Assembly (NCBI RefSeq): GCF_000306885.1
Contig: NC_018267.1
Location: forward strand, 510,001-542,000
Reading direction: 5' to 3'
Length of the DNA stretch: 32,000 bases
From: Wolbachia endosymbiont of Onchocerca ochengi
GTDB lineage: Bacteria; Pseudomonadota; Alphaproteobacteria; Rickettsiales; Anaplasmataceae
Both the position numbers and the translations under genes were made by a program. The notes under the pieces are model-generated. The model did no database searches and had not been told where the DNA came from. It saw only the letters and a list, made by a program, of their open reading frames with translations. This document shows positions 20,644-31,994 of this stretch, piece after piece (the stretch's first letter is position 1; each line of letters opens with the position of its first letter).

Positions 20644-23184
20644 TCAATATAAATTTGCTTTTACGATAAATCTTCTATTTTCAGTTTCAAATCCTAGTTG
20701 TATATCCTTACTCCATTGTATCACTTCAGCATTACATACTGTTTGCAAATCGTTCTGTGCAGATCGGTTCAACTTATCCTCCTGTAAGTTAGTTTTTATC
20801 ATCAATTTCTTTATCGGATGCTTCACTGATACATTGTTATCTGCTTTTATTTCTCTCACAAGGTTTAATATCTGTACGAAATTATTTCCCATTTTTTCAG
20901 AATGTTTATCATAAATAAGTTCTTTTTTGTTTGGCCAATTGCTTTGGGTATGTACGGAATTGTAGCTATACAACTGGTAGTATATTTCTTCTGTGATGTA
21001 TGGCAAAAAAGGTGCAAATAACCGCAAAATAATATTTAATGCATACGCTAAACTTTGTTTCGCGCTTAAGCTTGCCTTATTGCTAACCATATCGCCATAT
21101 GCACGTTTTTTCACCAGCTCTAAGTAATTATCACAAAAATCCTCCCAGAAGAATTCCTCTACTGCATTTAAAGCTTCGCAGTACTTGAACTGTAATAGGT
21201 TACTTGTTGCTTTTTCTATAATTTTATATAGCTTAGACAATATCCACTTGTCCATTACCTCACTGACGGAGTTTATATTCATAGCTTGGTGCTTCTCCAT
21301 GAATATGGAAACAAATTTACTTGCATTCCAAAGTTTTGTAACGAGGCGCTTACCGATTCTAAATATATTCTCAGAGTAGACTGTATCAGTTCCAAGTCTT
21401 GAATTTGCTGCCCAGTAACGTACTACATCAGCTCCATAGGTATCAAGTATTATATGAGGAGTGATAACATTACCTTTTGATTTACTCATCTTTTTTTTGT
21501 TATCAGCTAAACACCAGCCGCTGATCATAATATTTTTCCACGGCAGTGAATTTGCATGATAGTGTGCTTTCAAAATCGTATAAAATGCCCAAGTTCTTAT
21601 TATTTCATGACTTTGACTGTGCAGATCTGCAGGAAATATCTTGTCGTATCGATGACCTGGCAAGTGAAACTCATTGTTTACTGCTAGTGCATTTAACTGG
21701 GGAGTAATTGCACTTGTGGACCAGGTATCCATGACATCTTGATCTGAAAAAACCTCTTCTTTACTATACCCTTTTGGCAAATCTTTGAGTGGATCCATTG
21801 GTAAGTCCTTTACTTCAGCTAAAATAATTTTACCTTCTTCGCCTTTACGTTTTGAATACCACACTGGGAATGGCACGCCAAAATAACGCTGTCTTGAAAT
21901 ACACCAATCCCAATTCAATCCTTCTATCCACACTTCCATGCGTTTACGCATAGTGTTTGGATACCAATTGCATTCTTTTACTTTATCCAATATTTGAGAT
22001 TTTTGATCTAAAATCTTGATGAACCATTGATAGGTGGGCAATATCTCAAGCGGTGCACCAGATCTTTCTGCACACTTTACAGAATGAAATATATTAGTGC
22101 TTTCTGTCAAAAGCCCCTTTTTAGTTAGAATCTCAATTATTCTCCTTCTTGCTCCTTTGACCTTTAGTCCATTTACTTCATTATAGATTTCAGTATCGTA
22201 CGTGATATCCTCCTTTGTCATCCAAGTAGTCCTTTCCTCTATTATTCTAGTACCTTGATATTGGGATATATTATTATGATACACTGAACCTAAATTTACT
22301 CTTCCATCCTGATCAATGATGATTTTCATCGGTAAGTTGTACTTCTGCTGCCAGTATATATCAAGTTCATCACCAAATGTACAGCACATAACAAGTCCGG
22401 TACCTTTGTCTATTTTTACCTTATCATCAGCTATTATTGGAATTTTTACTCCTGTTATTGGTGTTACAGCTATTTTTCCAATTAAATGAGTGTAGCGTAT
22501 ATCCTCTGGGTGGCAGAAAACTGCAACGCATGCTAGAAGTAGCTCAGGCCGTGTTGTTGTAATCTTAATTTGCTCATTTTTCTCAGTGAAAAAAACTATT
22601 GTATTTAGGGATGACTTGAAGACTTTATTTTCTATTTCTGCTTGTGCAATTGCCGTTTTATCAACCGGATCCCAAATAATGGGTTGCATTTTTCTATATA
22701 CATACCCTTTATTGTATAGATCAATAAACGACATTTGGGAAAGTGCTACAGTTTCTTTGCTGATCGTGTGATATTCTAAACTCCAGTCATAACTAATGCC
22801 CACTGATTTAAATAATTCTTTGAATTCTTGCTTTGACTTTTCAATAACTTCGCAGCACATCTCTATAAATTTCTCTCTACCAACTTCTTTTGCACTAGTC
22901 TTATAGGTTTGTTCTACCAATCTTTCAGTAGGAAGTCCATTATCGTCAAACCCAATTGGATAAAATACATCTTTTCCAAGCATACGCTGAAACCTTGAAA
23001 TAAAGTCTGTATGACAATAACTGAATATATGTCCGATATGCAATTTTCCTGATATCGTTGGTGGGGGTGTATCTATAGTAAAAGTGTTATCCTTTTCACC
23101 GTTCCATTGATAAATTTGGCTTACTTCCCATAATGTATTGTATTTGGCTTCAATTTCTTTAAAACTGTATTTTTCTTCTAGCAT
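20644..23184 (-). CDS. valS: Valyl-tRNA synthetase (846 aa, short form)
   Basis: '[30 protein letters not shown]' (HIGH), '[22 protein letters not shown]'-like region, '[14 protein letters not shown]' (KMSKS). Confidence 0.96.
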   Translation of the reverse strand: [846 protein letters not shown]

Positions 23185-23318
23185 AAATATTTCTTAGTCT
23201 TAAGCTATAAGTTAACATAGTTATGGCAGTTTTACGCTAAAATTTTGCAAGTATCTTGTGATAAGTATTACTTGACATTAAATTTTGAAGTTATTATACT
23301 GTTTTAAGTATTATTTAA

Positions 23319-23864
23319 TTGAGGTTTATTATGCCATTAGAACAGGAAATACAGAGAGTGTTAGAGGGGAAAGATATTAAAGAGAGGCAAACTACTCAAG
23401 TAGCACAAATAGTTCTAGCAGATAAGGCGATAAAAACAGCTGTTAGAAGTGAACTAAAACAAGATCAAAACCTAAAAGGTGAAGCTAGAAATGAACTATT
23501 AGGTAGAACAAAACAAAAGGTAAATGATCTTAAGCAGCTAGAAGCAAGCTTAGAAGTTCAAAAGGATACAGTTCAACAGTCAAAGAAGAATACAGAATTA
23601 GAAGCTAAAAGTAAATTCATTAAGCAATCAAAAGCTTCGATGTATACTGCTTCTGTTTGCTCTGGTCTCGTTGCTGGATTAGCAGTGTTTACTGCTCTTG
23701 GACGTACAGTTAGATTAGATATGTGGGTAGTGGTTAGTATAGTAGTAGCATCTACATTAGCGGTTAGTGGTGTGACATATTTTGTACTTGAACCTAGTAC
23801 TCAAGCGAGTGAAGCACAATCACAAAAAATAAATAAAGAGGGCTATTATAAAGTGTTATCTTAA
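23319..23864 (+). CDS. Hypothetical protein: charged alpha-helical N-terminal region followed by two predicted TM helices and a short tail
   Basis: 181-aa intact ORF. Lys/Glu/Gln-rich N-terminal ~105 residues, then 'ASVCSGLVAGLAVFTALGRTVRLDMWVVVSIVVASTLAVSGVTYFVL'. Confidence 0.8.
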   Translation: MRFIMPLEQEIQRVLEGKDIKERQTTQVAQIVLADKAIKTAVRSELKQDQNLKGEARNELLGRTKQKVNDLKQLEASLEVQKDTVQQSKKNTELEAKSKFIKQSKASMYTASVCSGLVAGLAVFTALGRTVRLDMWVVVSIVVASTLAVSGVTYFVLEPSTQASEAQSQKINKEGYYKVLS

Positions 23865-24477
23865 TATAGTTTTGTTAAGTTAAGCTCAAGATTATATAGT
23901 TTCTTACTTCTAAAAATGGTTTTTACTGTATTTTTGGCTCTGTAAACAACAATAAAGATGTTACTTGTTTTCTCAGTTCCACCCAAGATTCTATTATTGC
24001 TTCTTAAAAGCAGAGAATAGTTTAATCTTTTCTGTACTGATTCTAGTGTAATCTAGCTATGATAATTAAGGTGTAAGTTACTAAAACTACAAGGCTTTGA
24101 AAAATATGCTTAGTGTTGTGTTGCGAAAGCTTATCTAAGTTAAGCTCATAATAGTGAGCAATATCAAGATCTTAAGATGGGATGGTTATTTATGCTATTG
24201 TTCGACTTGTCTTATTTTCTAATAAGAGCTGGCTTGTAAAACTAATACACACATTGCCTTTGGTGAGGTTTACTTACTATGATTAAATGGTTACTTTTTA
24301 AGTATAGTTAAAATAACTTTGTTTTTTAAGCACATCAATGAAATTAGCGAGAAGGAGATTTCTAAAAAATAATAAGAGGTGGTGTAATGATTGGTAAAAT
24401 TTATATGTTAAATTAATGCTATTGGAGTAGAGAAAACATTTTGCTTATAGTCAAACTAAGAATTGATCAAGAATTTA

Positions 24478-24635
24478 ATGAAAATTAAACTTAGTAAAGA
24501 AGAAGATAGGAAAAAAGTAGAGAAGAAGAAAAGATTGGCTACAGAAACAATGCTGAACTAATAGCATTGATATCAACACTGTTGTTAAGTTTTACTGATC
24601 TTTCCATCAGTGGAATCAAAAAGTTAAAGGGTTGA
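24478..24635 (+). pseudogene. Small decayed gene fragment with a frameshift
   Basis: MKIKLSKEEDRKKVEKKKRLATETMLN* (24478..24561) overlaps, in another frame, RNNAELIALISTLLLSFTDLSISGIKKLKG* ending 24635. A charged helix followed by a hydrophobic stretch suggests one broken gene. Confidence 0.35.
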
Positions 24636-25291
24636 ATTGAATGGCATAATGTGTTTGCTTTTAATTTTTATATTCCTTCATTTGTTTAACATGATCTATA
24701 TTATTAGTTATATAATGTATTTAATTTTTTATGTAGTGTTTTTTTTGAAAAGTTTTGCTGTCTTCTAACCGGAATTTCTTCATTTCTTATCATTTTTCTA
24801 TATGTTGCTAGTAGTAGCTAACATAGCTTCAGATTCCGCAATTACATGACTTATTGCAGTAAAACTATGCCAATAAATGCTCTATTATATACTATGCATG
24901 TGTGTAGTACGCAAAAGTATTATACTATTTATTATCTTATATCACTGTATGCCAAAGTTATATTGTCACATGAGTTTCTATTTACATGAATTACGGTGCT
25001 GTCTTAAATATTTATTTCATCACTTATTTTGTTAGCCTAACACCTCTTCTGATTGCTCAACTAAACCAGACCGTTTGTTTGTATCTCTTTCTATTTCAAC
25101 TTTGTCTTTATAACATGTAGACCATCTGCGATAGGAGCACTTTTATTTATCTTTGATTCATAGTTTTTGTTGAATTTTAAAATGTTTGAGCCTATAATAT
25201 TACACTACAGCAAATTCCAGTATATGTATGCAATTTTATTGAAATGTCCGCATAATTGTACTATTAATTAGTACACTATAAGCTTAAGATT

Positions 25292-26404
25292 ATGAACTTA
25301 TTGGGTAAATTAGCAATTTTGCTGTTAGTCTTTTTATTTCCTTTTTCTTCATATTCATATCAATTTAGAACTAAAGCAAAACAAGCAGTGATTTTGGATT
25401 TAGCATCAGATTTGTTTATTTTTGAGCATAACTCTGATGAAAAAATGGCACCATCTTCAATGAGCAAATTAATGACTTTATATATAGCTTTTGCTTATTT
25501 GAAAGCTGGGATAATGAATATGGAAGATAAATTTCAAGTAAGTAGGAAAGCGTGGGAAAGGAAAGGCTCTTCTATGTTTTTAAGAGAAGGTCAGTTTGTT
25601 ACAGTAAAAGAATTACTCGAAGGAATCATAATAGTTTCAGGTAATGATGCTTGTATAACACTAGCTGAAGGCATTGCTGGATCAGAGGAGAATTTTGTGA
25701 TTGAAATGAATGAGATCGCACAAAAACTTGGTTTAAATAATAGTCACTTTGTCAACTCAAGTGGGTGGCCGGATGAAGCTCATTTTATGAGCGCGAGAGA
25801 CTTAGTAGTATTAGCAAAGAGAATTTTCACTGATTTTCCTGAGTATTATGATTTGTTTTCTGAACAATATCTAATGTACAATGATGTTTTGCAAAGAAAT
25901 AAAAATCTTTTACTTTTTCATGGAATCGGGGTTGATGGGTTAAAAACTGGTTATACGAGTGCTGGTGCGTATGGAATTGTAGCATCTGCAAAACAAAATG
26001 ATAGGAGAGTTTTTGTTGTCGTGAATGGGTTGAGTACTGGAAAAGAGAGGATAGAAGAAGCAAAAAGACTGATTCAATATTCTTTAGACCATTTTTATAC
26101 TAAAAAAATATTCGCTAAAGATGATGTAGTTGAGGAAGTAAATGTCCTGTATGGAAAAGATAGGAAAGTGCCTATCACGGTTGCAAGAGACGTTATCATA
26201 ACCTATAGTCGTAATTTGCATGACAAAATTAAAGTGCACATTGAGTATAAAGATATGATACCTGCTCCAATTAAAAAAGGGCAAGAAGTAGGTAAGATTT
26301 TCATAAAAATACCAGGTATCGAGCAGCAAACTACACCACTTTATACAGTAAATGATGTACAGGAATTAAACTATATAGAAAAATTTTTTAGGATTTTATT
26401 TTAA
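25292..26404 (+). CDS. dacA: D-alanyl-D-alanine carboxypeptidase (PBP5/6, S11 family)
   Basis: Signal-peptide-like N terminus, SxxK 'APSSMSKLMTLYIAF', SxN 'IIVSGNDACITLAEGIAGSEENFV', KTG 'VDGLKTGYTSAGAYGIVASA'. The symbol follows general family usage; the dacA/C/F subtype is not resolved. Confidence 0.93.
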   Translation: MNLLGKLAILLLVFLFPFSSYSYQFRTKAKQAVILDLASDLFIFEHNSDEKMAPSSMSKLMTLYIAFAYLKAGIMNMEDKFQVSRKAWERKGSSMFLREGQFVTVKELLEGIIIVSGNDACITLAEGIAGSEENFVIEMNEIAQKLGLNNSHFVNSSGWPDEAHFMSARDLVVLAKRIFTDFPEYYDLFSEQYLMYNDVLQRNKNLLLFHGIGVDGLKTGYTSAGAYGIVASAKQNDRRVFVVVNGLSTGKERIEEAKRLIQYSLDHFYTKKIFAKDDVVEEVNVLYGKDRKVPITVARDVIITYSRNLHDKIKVHIEYKDMIPAPIKKGQEVGKIFIKIPGIEQQTTPLYTVNDVQELNYIEKFFRILF

Positions 26405-26577
26405 AGCTTAAGAAGTATGAAAATGTATAAGGCGTAAAATTTTTCTTATATAATATATGAACTACTTTTTTATTGAAAAAATGAGAAAGACATAAGTTGT
26501 CAGAAAAAAGAATTAAGAATCATAAGTTTTAAAACCACTTGATTTTATATTACAATAGCTTTTTTGTTTCTTTTTAC

Positions 26578-28962
26578 ATGATGAAATTTACGTTGTCTTG
26601 GTTACTGGAATATTTAAAAACCAGTGCTGGTTTAGAAGAAATTGTTAATAAGTTAACCTATATAGGGTTGGAAGTAGAAGATGTGATTAATAGTGCCAAG
26701 TTAGCTGAGTTTGCTATTGAAAAAGTGTCAGAAGTCGTGCCTCATCTAGATACTAATAAATTAAAGTTATGTAAAATAGATGATAACAGTAAAGTTCTGC
26801 AGGTAGTTTGCAGAAGAAAAAATGTTAGAGAAGGTATGAGAACTATGTTCACACCTTTTGGTAGTCCATTGCCGGAAGATGATTTTATGGCCGGATCTGC
26901 AAAAATACGAGGAATGTCAAGTGAAGAGATGTTCTGTTCTGCTTCTGAACGTGCGCTGATTCAAGGAGAAATTGAAGAAATAACTGAGGTTTCTGATGAT
27001 TATAAAGTAGGAGATAAATTTTTCGATTGCAGCCCTGTTATTGATATAAATGTTACTCCAAATCGTGGAGATTGTCTAAGTGTTTATGGAATAGCACGTG
27101 ATTTGGCAGCAACTGGAATAGGAACATTAAGAGCTTTAACTCACTTTGATGTCATTCCAGGACATGGAGATGAAATCCAAGATAAACCTCAGTTTCTAAC
27201 TACCTTAATGAAAGGGAATTCTTCTATATATGTTAAGGTCACTGATGGGGAGAGCTTCATTAGTGGAATACATATTGTCAATGTAAAAAATAGAGAGAGC
27301 CCAAAATGGCTAAAAGATAGGTTGCAATCGATAGGGATGCATTCTGTTTCTATAATAGTTGATATTGCTAATTACATCATGATGTCTTTTGGTCGCCCAA
27401 TACATGTATATGATGCGAAAAAGATAGAGGGAGAACTCGTGGTACGCAAAGCAAACAGTGAAGAGAAATTTACTGGTTTAAATGGTAAAGAATATTTATT
27501 AAATAAAGACATAAGTGTTATTGCTGATAGTAAAAATATTCATGCAATTGCTGGGATTATAGGTGGTAAATGTAGTGAATGTACTCTTGAAACTACTGAT
27601 ATCTTTTTAGAATCTGCTTGGTTTGATCCTATTTCTATCGCTAAATCTTCAAGGCAGTTGGGCATCTCTACAGACTCAAGTTACAGATTTGCACGTTCAG
27701 TTGATCATAAATTTGATGGACTAAGCTTTGCAATTCGGATGGTTTTAGATTTGTGTGGTGGAGAGATGTCAAGTGTGGTATCTGCCGGTAGATTAGATAA
27801 GGTTGATACCGAAGTAAACTTTGATTATCGAGATGTAAATAAATTTGGAGGTGTATCTGCATCACCTGATGAGATATTTGATATCTTGACAAAACTTGGG
27901 TTTAGTATTGATAAGAGAACTGGAAGTAATTGGAATGTACAAGTACCAAGCTGGAGGTCAGATGTTGCCATACCTGCTGATCTGATTGAGGAAGTAGTGA
28001 GAATATATGGCTATGATAAAATAAAGGAAGAACCATTAACAAGTAACGCTACGATAGAAACCAATGTGCAAGATGGCTTGCGTATTTTAATGGTGAGTAG
28101 AGGATTTCATGAAGTGCTCACTTGGTCATTTATGAGTAAATCAACAGCTGAAAAATTTGGTTACTCGAATAAGTTAGTTACTATCGATAATCCATTTAAT
28201 AATAACTTTAATATAATGAGACCAAGTATTATGCCGAATTTATTGCAAGTTACTGCAGATAATATTGCCCATGGGACATCTGATCTTGCGATTTTTGAAA
28301 TTGGGCCAGTTTATGATAGTCTCGATTATCCTAAGCATGTTTTAAGTGAAATTAGGTCAGGAAATAATTTGCCGCGGAACCATTATAATTCCGATAGAAA
28401 GGTAGATATTTTTGATGCAAAGGCTGATTTAATAGTAGCTTTAGAATTTTTTAATGTCAATTGCGATAGCTTGACTATAGAAAAAGTAGGAAAAGAATAT
28501 TACCATCCAGGAAAGTCAGGCACTTTTTCTTTTGAAGGTAAAATATTGGGTTATTTTGGAGAGTTACACCCTAATGTATTAGATCTTTTTGGTATCAAAC
28601 AAAGAGTTGTGGGTTTTGAGATGGTACTAGAAAATATTAATAATATACCTATAAATAAAAAAAAGTTTACTGATTATAAGTATCAAAGTGTAAAGCGCGA
28701 TTTTGCATTTATTATAAATAAAGATATAGCAGCAGGTAATATAGTCAATATGATAAAAAAAAGCTCAGAGCTCATTACAGAAGTTTATATATTCGATATA
28801 TACCATGGAAATAATATGGAGCCGAATAAGCTATCTATAGCATTATCAGTTACTTTTTGCTCTTCAACTCACACTTTAACCGAAGAAGAAATTCAAAAGG
28901 AATCAGGTGCTATAGTTAATTTAGTATATGAAAATACCGGGGGAGTTTTAAGGTGCAGCTAA
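26578..28962 (+). CDS. pheT: Phenylalanyl-tRNA synthetase beta subunit (supplied ORF start 26539; the likely start is the ATG ATG at 26578/26581)
   Basis: '[34 protein letters not shown]', '[25 protein letters not shown]', '[11 protein letters not shown]', C-terminal ferredoxin-like anticodon-binding fold '[19 protein letters not shown]'. Conserved homology begins at MKFTLSWL, so the 13 upstream residues are probably not coding. Confidence 0.96.
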   Translation: MMKFTLSWLLEYLKTSAGLEEIVNKLTYIGLEVEDVINSAKLAEFAIEKVSEVVPHLDTNKLKLCKIDDNSKVLQVVCRRKNVREGMRTMFTPFGSPLPEDDFMAGSAKIRGMSSEEMFCSASERALIQGEIEEITEVSDDYKVGDKFFDCSPVIDINVTPNRGDCLSVYGIARDLAATGIGTLRALTHFDVIPGHGDEIQDKPQFLTTLMKGNSSIYVKVTDGESFISGIHIVNVKNRESPKWLKDRLQSIGMHSVSIIVDIANYIMMSFGRPIHVYDAKKIEGELVVRKANSEEKFTGLNGKEYLLNKDISVIADSKNIHAIAGIIGGKCSECTLETTDIFLESAWFDPISIAKSSRQLGISTDSSYRFARSVDHKFDGLSFAIRMVLDLCGGEMSSVVSAGRLDKVDTEVNFDYRDVNKFGGVSASPDEIFDILTKLGFSIDKRTGSNWNVQVPSWRSDVAIPADLIEEVVRIYGYDKIKEEPLTSNATIETNVQDGLRILMVSRGFHEVLTWSFMSKSTAEKFGYSNKLVTIDNPFNNNFNIMRPSIMPNLLQVTADNIAHGTSDLAIFEIGPVYDSLDYPKHVLSEIRSGNNLPRNHYNSDRKVDIFDAKADLIVALEFFNVNCDSLTIEKVGKEYYHPGKSGTFSFEGKILGYFGELHPNVLDLFGIKQRVVGFEMVLENINNIPINKKKFTDYKYQSVKRDFAFIINKDIAAGNIVNMIKKSSELITEVYIFDIYHGNNMEPNKLSIALSVTFCSSTHTLTEEEIQKESGAIVNLVYENTGGVLRCS

Positions 28963-29999
28963 AGTCTATTTTAGGGAGATAATTTAGTAAAAATGATAGG
29001 AGATTTTTTAAAGAGGATATTAGTTAATAAAGTCTATAAAAACTAACAATTACAAACTATTACTAGTAATTATTCAACCATATTCTCAAGTATTACAGCT
29101 TTTAACTTTACGATTACGAGTACAACTAAGAACAGTTACCGTATTCCACGTAATTATTCTATATAGTAACAACTTTTTTTATTTAAAAAATTAAAATGTT
29201 ATATTCTAACTGAATAATAAACTTCGATAAAACTCATGATAGGTTCAGGAATCTAGCATATCTCTCGGTAAATAAATTTTAAAGTATCTTTATTGGCTTG
29301 GTTAAAGTGAAAAAATAACCTGTTTAAGAACTAACAAGTAGTTAATGCAAGAAGCAATTGAAAATTTAAGAAGAAGGGCGGCGATGGTTAAACTTACTTA
29401 CCTGATGTAGCATCGGGAATGCTGAATTGATTAGGCATAAAGAGATTAACTATGGGTAAATATTTAGTCTGTTATAAAGAAAATATAGTTATTAGAAAGG
29501 TTTTTAAATCTTTCTAAAAGAATTGAATTAGAGGGGCTATTAAAAGGACGTTTTACAGTTATAACTCAATTAAAATCTTAGTGAATCATTATGCTGTAAG
29601 CTTGAAAAGTGTTGTAGAGTATAAGTAGGTAATTATAATAGGACATAGGAGTACATTCTTTTTTGAGTATCTTTCTTGGTAGAAGAAATAATACCTAATA
29701 TGATAAATCCAGTTGTTTATAATGAGTAACTCGAGCTTTTTTAGGAAAGCGTGCAGTAAACTATGTTGCATAGATTTGTGATAACTAGACATAGAAAAAT
29801 GCAAAGGTAAAAGTTTTGCTTAACTTTATGTTAAATGCTAGTATAGCTTAGTATTTATTATAGAGGCTTGATAGTAAAAGTGAAATTTGAAATGTCAGAA
29901 GAAAATAGCAAGAGCTTTATCTAGAGTGAAATGGATTACTGGTGTTGATCAAAACTATCTTGTGTTACTGAATAGTAATACTAATTTAACTAATTTTAA

Positions 30000-30360
30000 A
30001 AAATTAATAAACGCTTTTTACTTACTCTAATCATTGTAATCACTGTTGTAACAGCATCATCTCTTGGTTTCACTATGCATTATTCTAAATTATCTAAAGG
30101 GTTTCTACTAGGGTGCTTGTCTATAATTACAGTTGCTGTGATTTTGATTCCTTGTGTTACGTTAATCTGACTAGTTTTACTTGTACCATTTCTCATTTTT
30201 TAGGCTATTAGTAAAGATATATCTAACTGAAAAGCGTGAGTAAATATAGAAGACAATCAAGATCAAATGGTGAATAAAGTTGATAATGAATGGTATAAAG
30301 AGCATATTAAAAAAGAAGTTATAAACTGGAGCAATGAGACGATACGGATCAATTAAATAC
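30000..30360 (+). pseudogene. Decayed gene for a small two-TM protein with a charged C-terminal tail
   Basis: Open segment 30000..30170 KINKRFLLTLIIVITVVTASSLGFTMHYSKLSKGFLLGCLSIITVAVILIPCVTLI*. After stops comes EDNQDQMVNKVDNEWYKEHIKKEVINWSNETIRIN*. A possible N-terminal remnant (KFEMSEENSKSFI*) sits near 29.88 kb. Confidence 0.45.
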
Positions 30361-30672
30361 TGATTCATGCTAATCATTAATTAGACATGACCGCTAACTG
30401 TAAAAGTAATATCTGGAAAAATGGATGATAAGCAGGTTGTAGACTAAATTATTGTAACAAAGAGTGTAAATAATATGGTATAAAGAAAATTTTGCTGCTG
30501 CTATGGAGTTATTATACGCTATGGTTGGTGGAATAGGAATAGACTTTAATTTTAAGTGAGCAAAGGAGATAGTAAACGAAACGCAAAAAAAAGTTAATGA
30601 CCAAAGTTAGTTAATGTGAGCTTTTCTTTCTGCAATGGTAATTTAGGTGGAAGCTATTATTTTTATAGTAAT

Positions 30673-31230
30673 TTATTTTACTAGCGGTAAAGTAATACCG
30701 TACTGCTTCATATATTTTCCTTTCATGTCATCATATGATTTTTCACACTCGCTTTTGCTATTTAAGAACACAAATTGGCATGCACCTTCATTAGCATAAA
30801 TTTTTGCAGGAAGTGGAGTGGTGTTGGAAAACTCTAATGTGACATAGCCTTCCCATCCAGGCTCTAGAGGAGTAACATTTACTATAATTCCACACCTTGC
30901 ATAAGTTGATTTCCCAACGCAAATACCCAGTACATTTCTTGGTATACGGAAATATTCAACTGTACTTGCAAGTACAAAACTATTTGGTGGAACTATACAT
31001 ACATCTATTTCTTTGTCTATGAAGCTATTCTCGGGGAAATTTTTAGGGTCTATGACAGCTGAATTAACATTAGTAAAAATCTTAAATTTATTACTTACTC
31101 TTGCATCATATCCGTAAGATGATAGCCCAAAAGATATAACGCCTTTACTACTTTTGTGACCTATAAAGGGTTCTATCATTCCAAAGTTTTCAGCTTTTTC
31201 TTTTATCCATTTATCCGGCATGACTGACAT
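30673..31230 (-). CDS. dcd: dCTP deaminase
   Basis: '[21 protein letters not shown]', '[71 protein letters not shown]'. Confidence 0.97.
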   Translation of the reverse strand: MSVMPDKWIKEKAENFGMIEPFIGHKSSKGVISFGLSSYGYDARVSNKFKIFTNVNSAVIDPKNFPENSFIDKEIDVCIVPPNSFVLASTVEYFRIPRNVLGICVGKSTYARCGIIVNVTPLEPGWEGYVTLEFSNTTPLPAKIYANEGACQFVFLNSKSECEKSYDDMKGKYMKQYGITLPLVK

Positions 31231-31487
31231 GATTGTTCTTTAAAATTATGTAATACCTATTATAATATTAAATAAAATTTGAATGTAAACTATAGGCCTA
31301 GCAGCTTCTATTATTCTAGTATCTAAATAACTGCATAAATAGCATCTGAAAGTGAGTCCATGTTTTATGGTGCTTCTTTCCTCTTTGTCATTCTAGCACT
31401 TGATGGTGAAGTACGGGAAAAGAGAATAGATCTTAGTGTCAGCTAGTTGGATAACATTTATGGAAACTAAGTGGATCTAAAACACTT

Positions 31488-31994
31488 CTAGCTTTTATAT
31501 TTCTTGAGACTTTTATTAGTAACAACTACTGTATTTGCAATCTTGTCGTGCCAAGTTTGGCAGCGTTTGTTAAAGCTTGATAATAAAAAGCCCAGAAATA
31601 ATGGTGAAGCTGATAATATCATAGAAAAAAATCTCTTTGTTGCTTGTTTTAGGGTCACCTTTTTAAAAGTCTGTGCGTCTACGACTTTGAGTCCAAGTAG
31701 TAGTTTTCCGGGTGTAGCAGCAAACCTTATCCACATGTATGTGACATAACTAAAGAGTATAATGAATTGGGCTATTTGATTTAAGATTAATAATTTAATA
31801 AATCTACTTTGTACTACCTTTTCTTCTGTAGAAAGTGATACTTGCATTTGATATTTTGTAGCAATTTGACTTAGTACTTTGCCATTTTCTGAGTTTATAA
31901 AGAACTGGTTTAGGGTTTGGCCGCAGAGCTGTAAGAATAAGATAATAATAATTAAATCAAGTAATATTGATGTGTAGCGCTTAAGCCCCATCAC
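31488..31994 (-). CDS. RDD family membrane protein
   Basis: 168 aa. 'RYTSILLDLIIIILFLQL' and 'TPGKLLLGLKVVDAQTFKKVTLKQATKRFF...CQTWHDKIANTVVV' follow the RDD pattern. Confidence 0.85.
   Translation of the reverse strand: MMGLKRYTSILLDLIIIILFLQLCGQTLNQFFINSENGKVLSQIATKYQMQVSLSTEEKVVQSRFIKLLILNQIAQFIILFSYVTYMWIRFAATPGKLLLGLKVVDAQTFKKVTLKQATKRFFSMILSASPLFLGFLLSSFNKRCQTWHDKIANTVVVTNKSLKKYKS

Noticed and set aside
30177-30377. Minus-strand 66-aa ORF between pheT and dcd
   Set aside because: It is antisense to the decayed + strand fragment ending EDNQDQMVNKVDNEWYKEHIKKEVINW. The + strand reading looks more protein-like.
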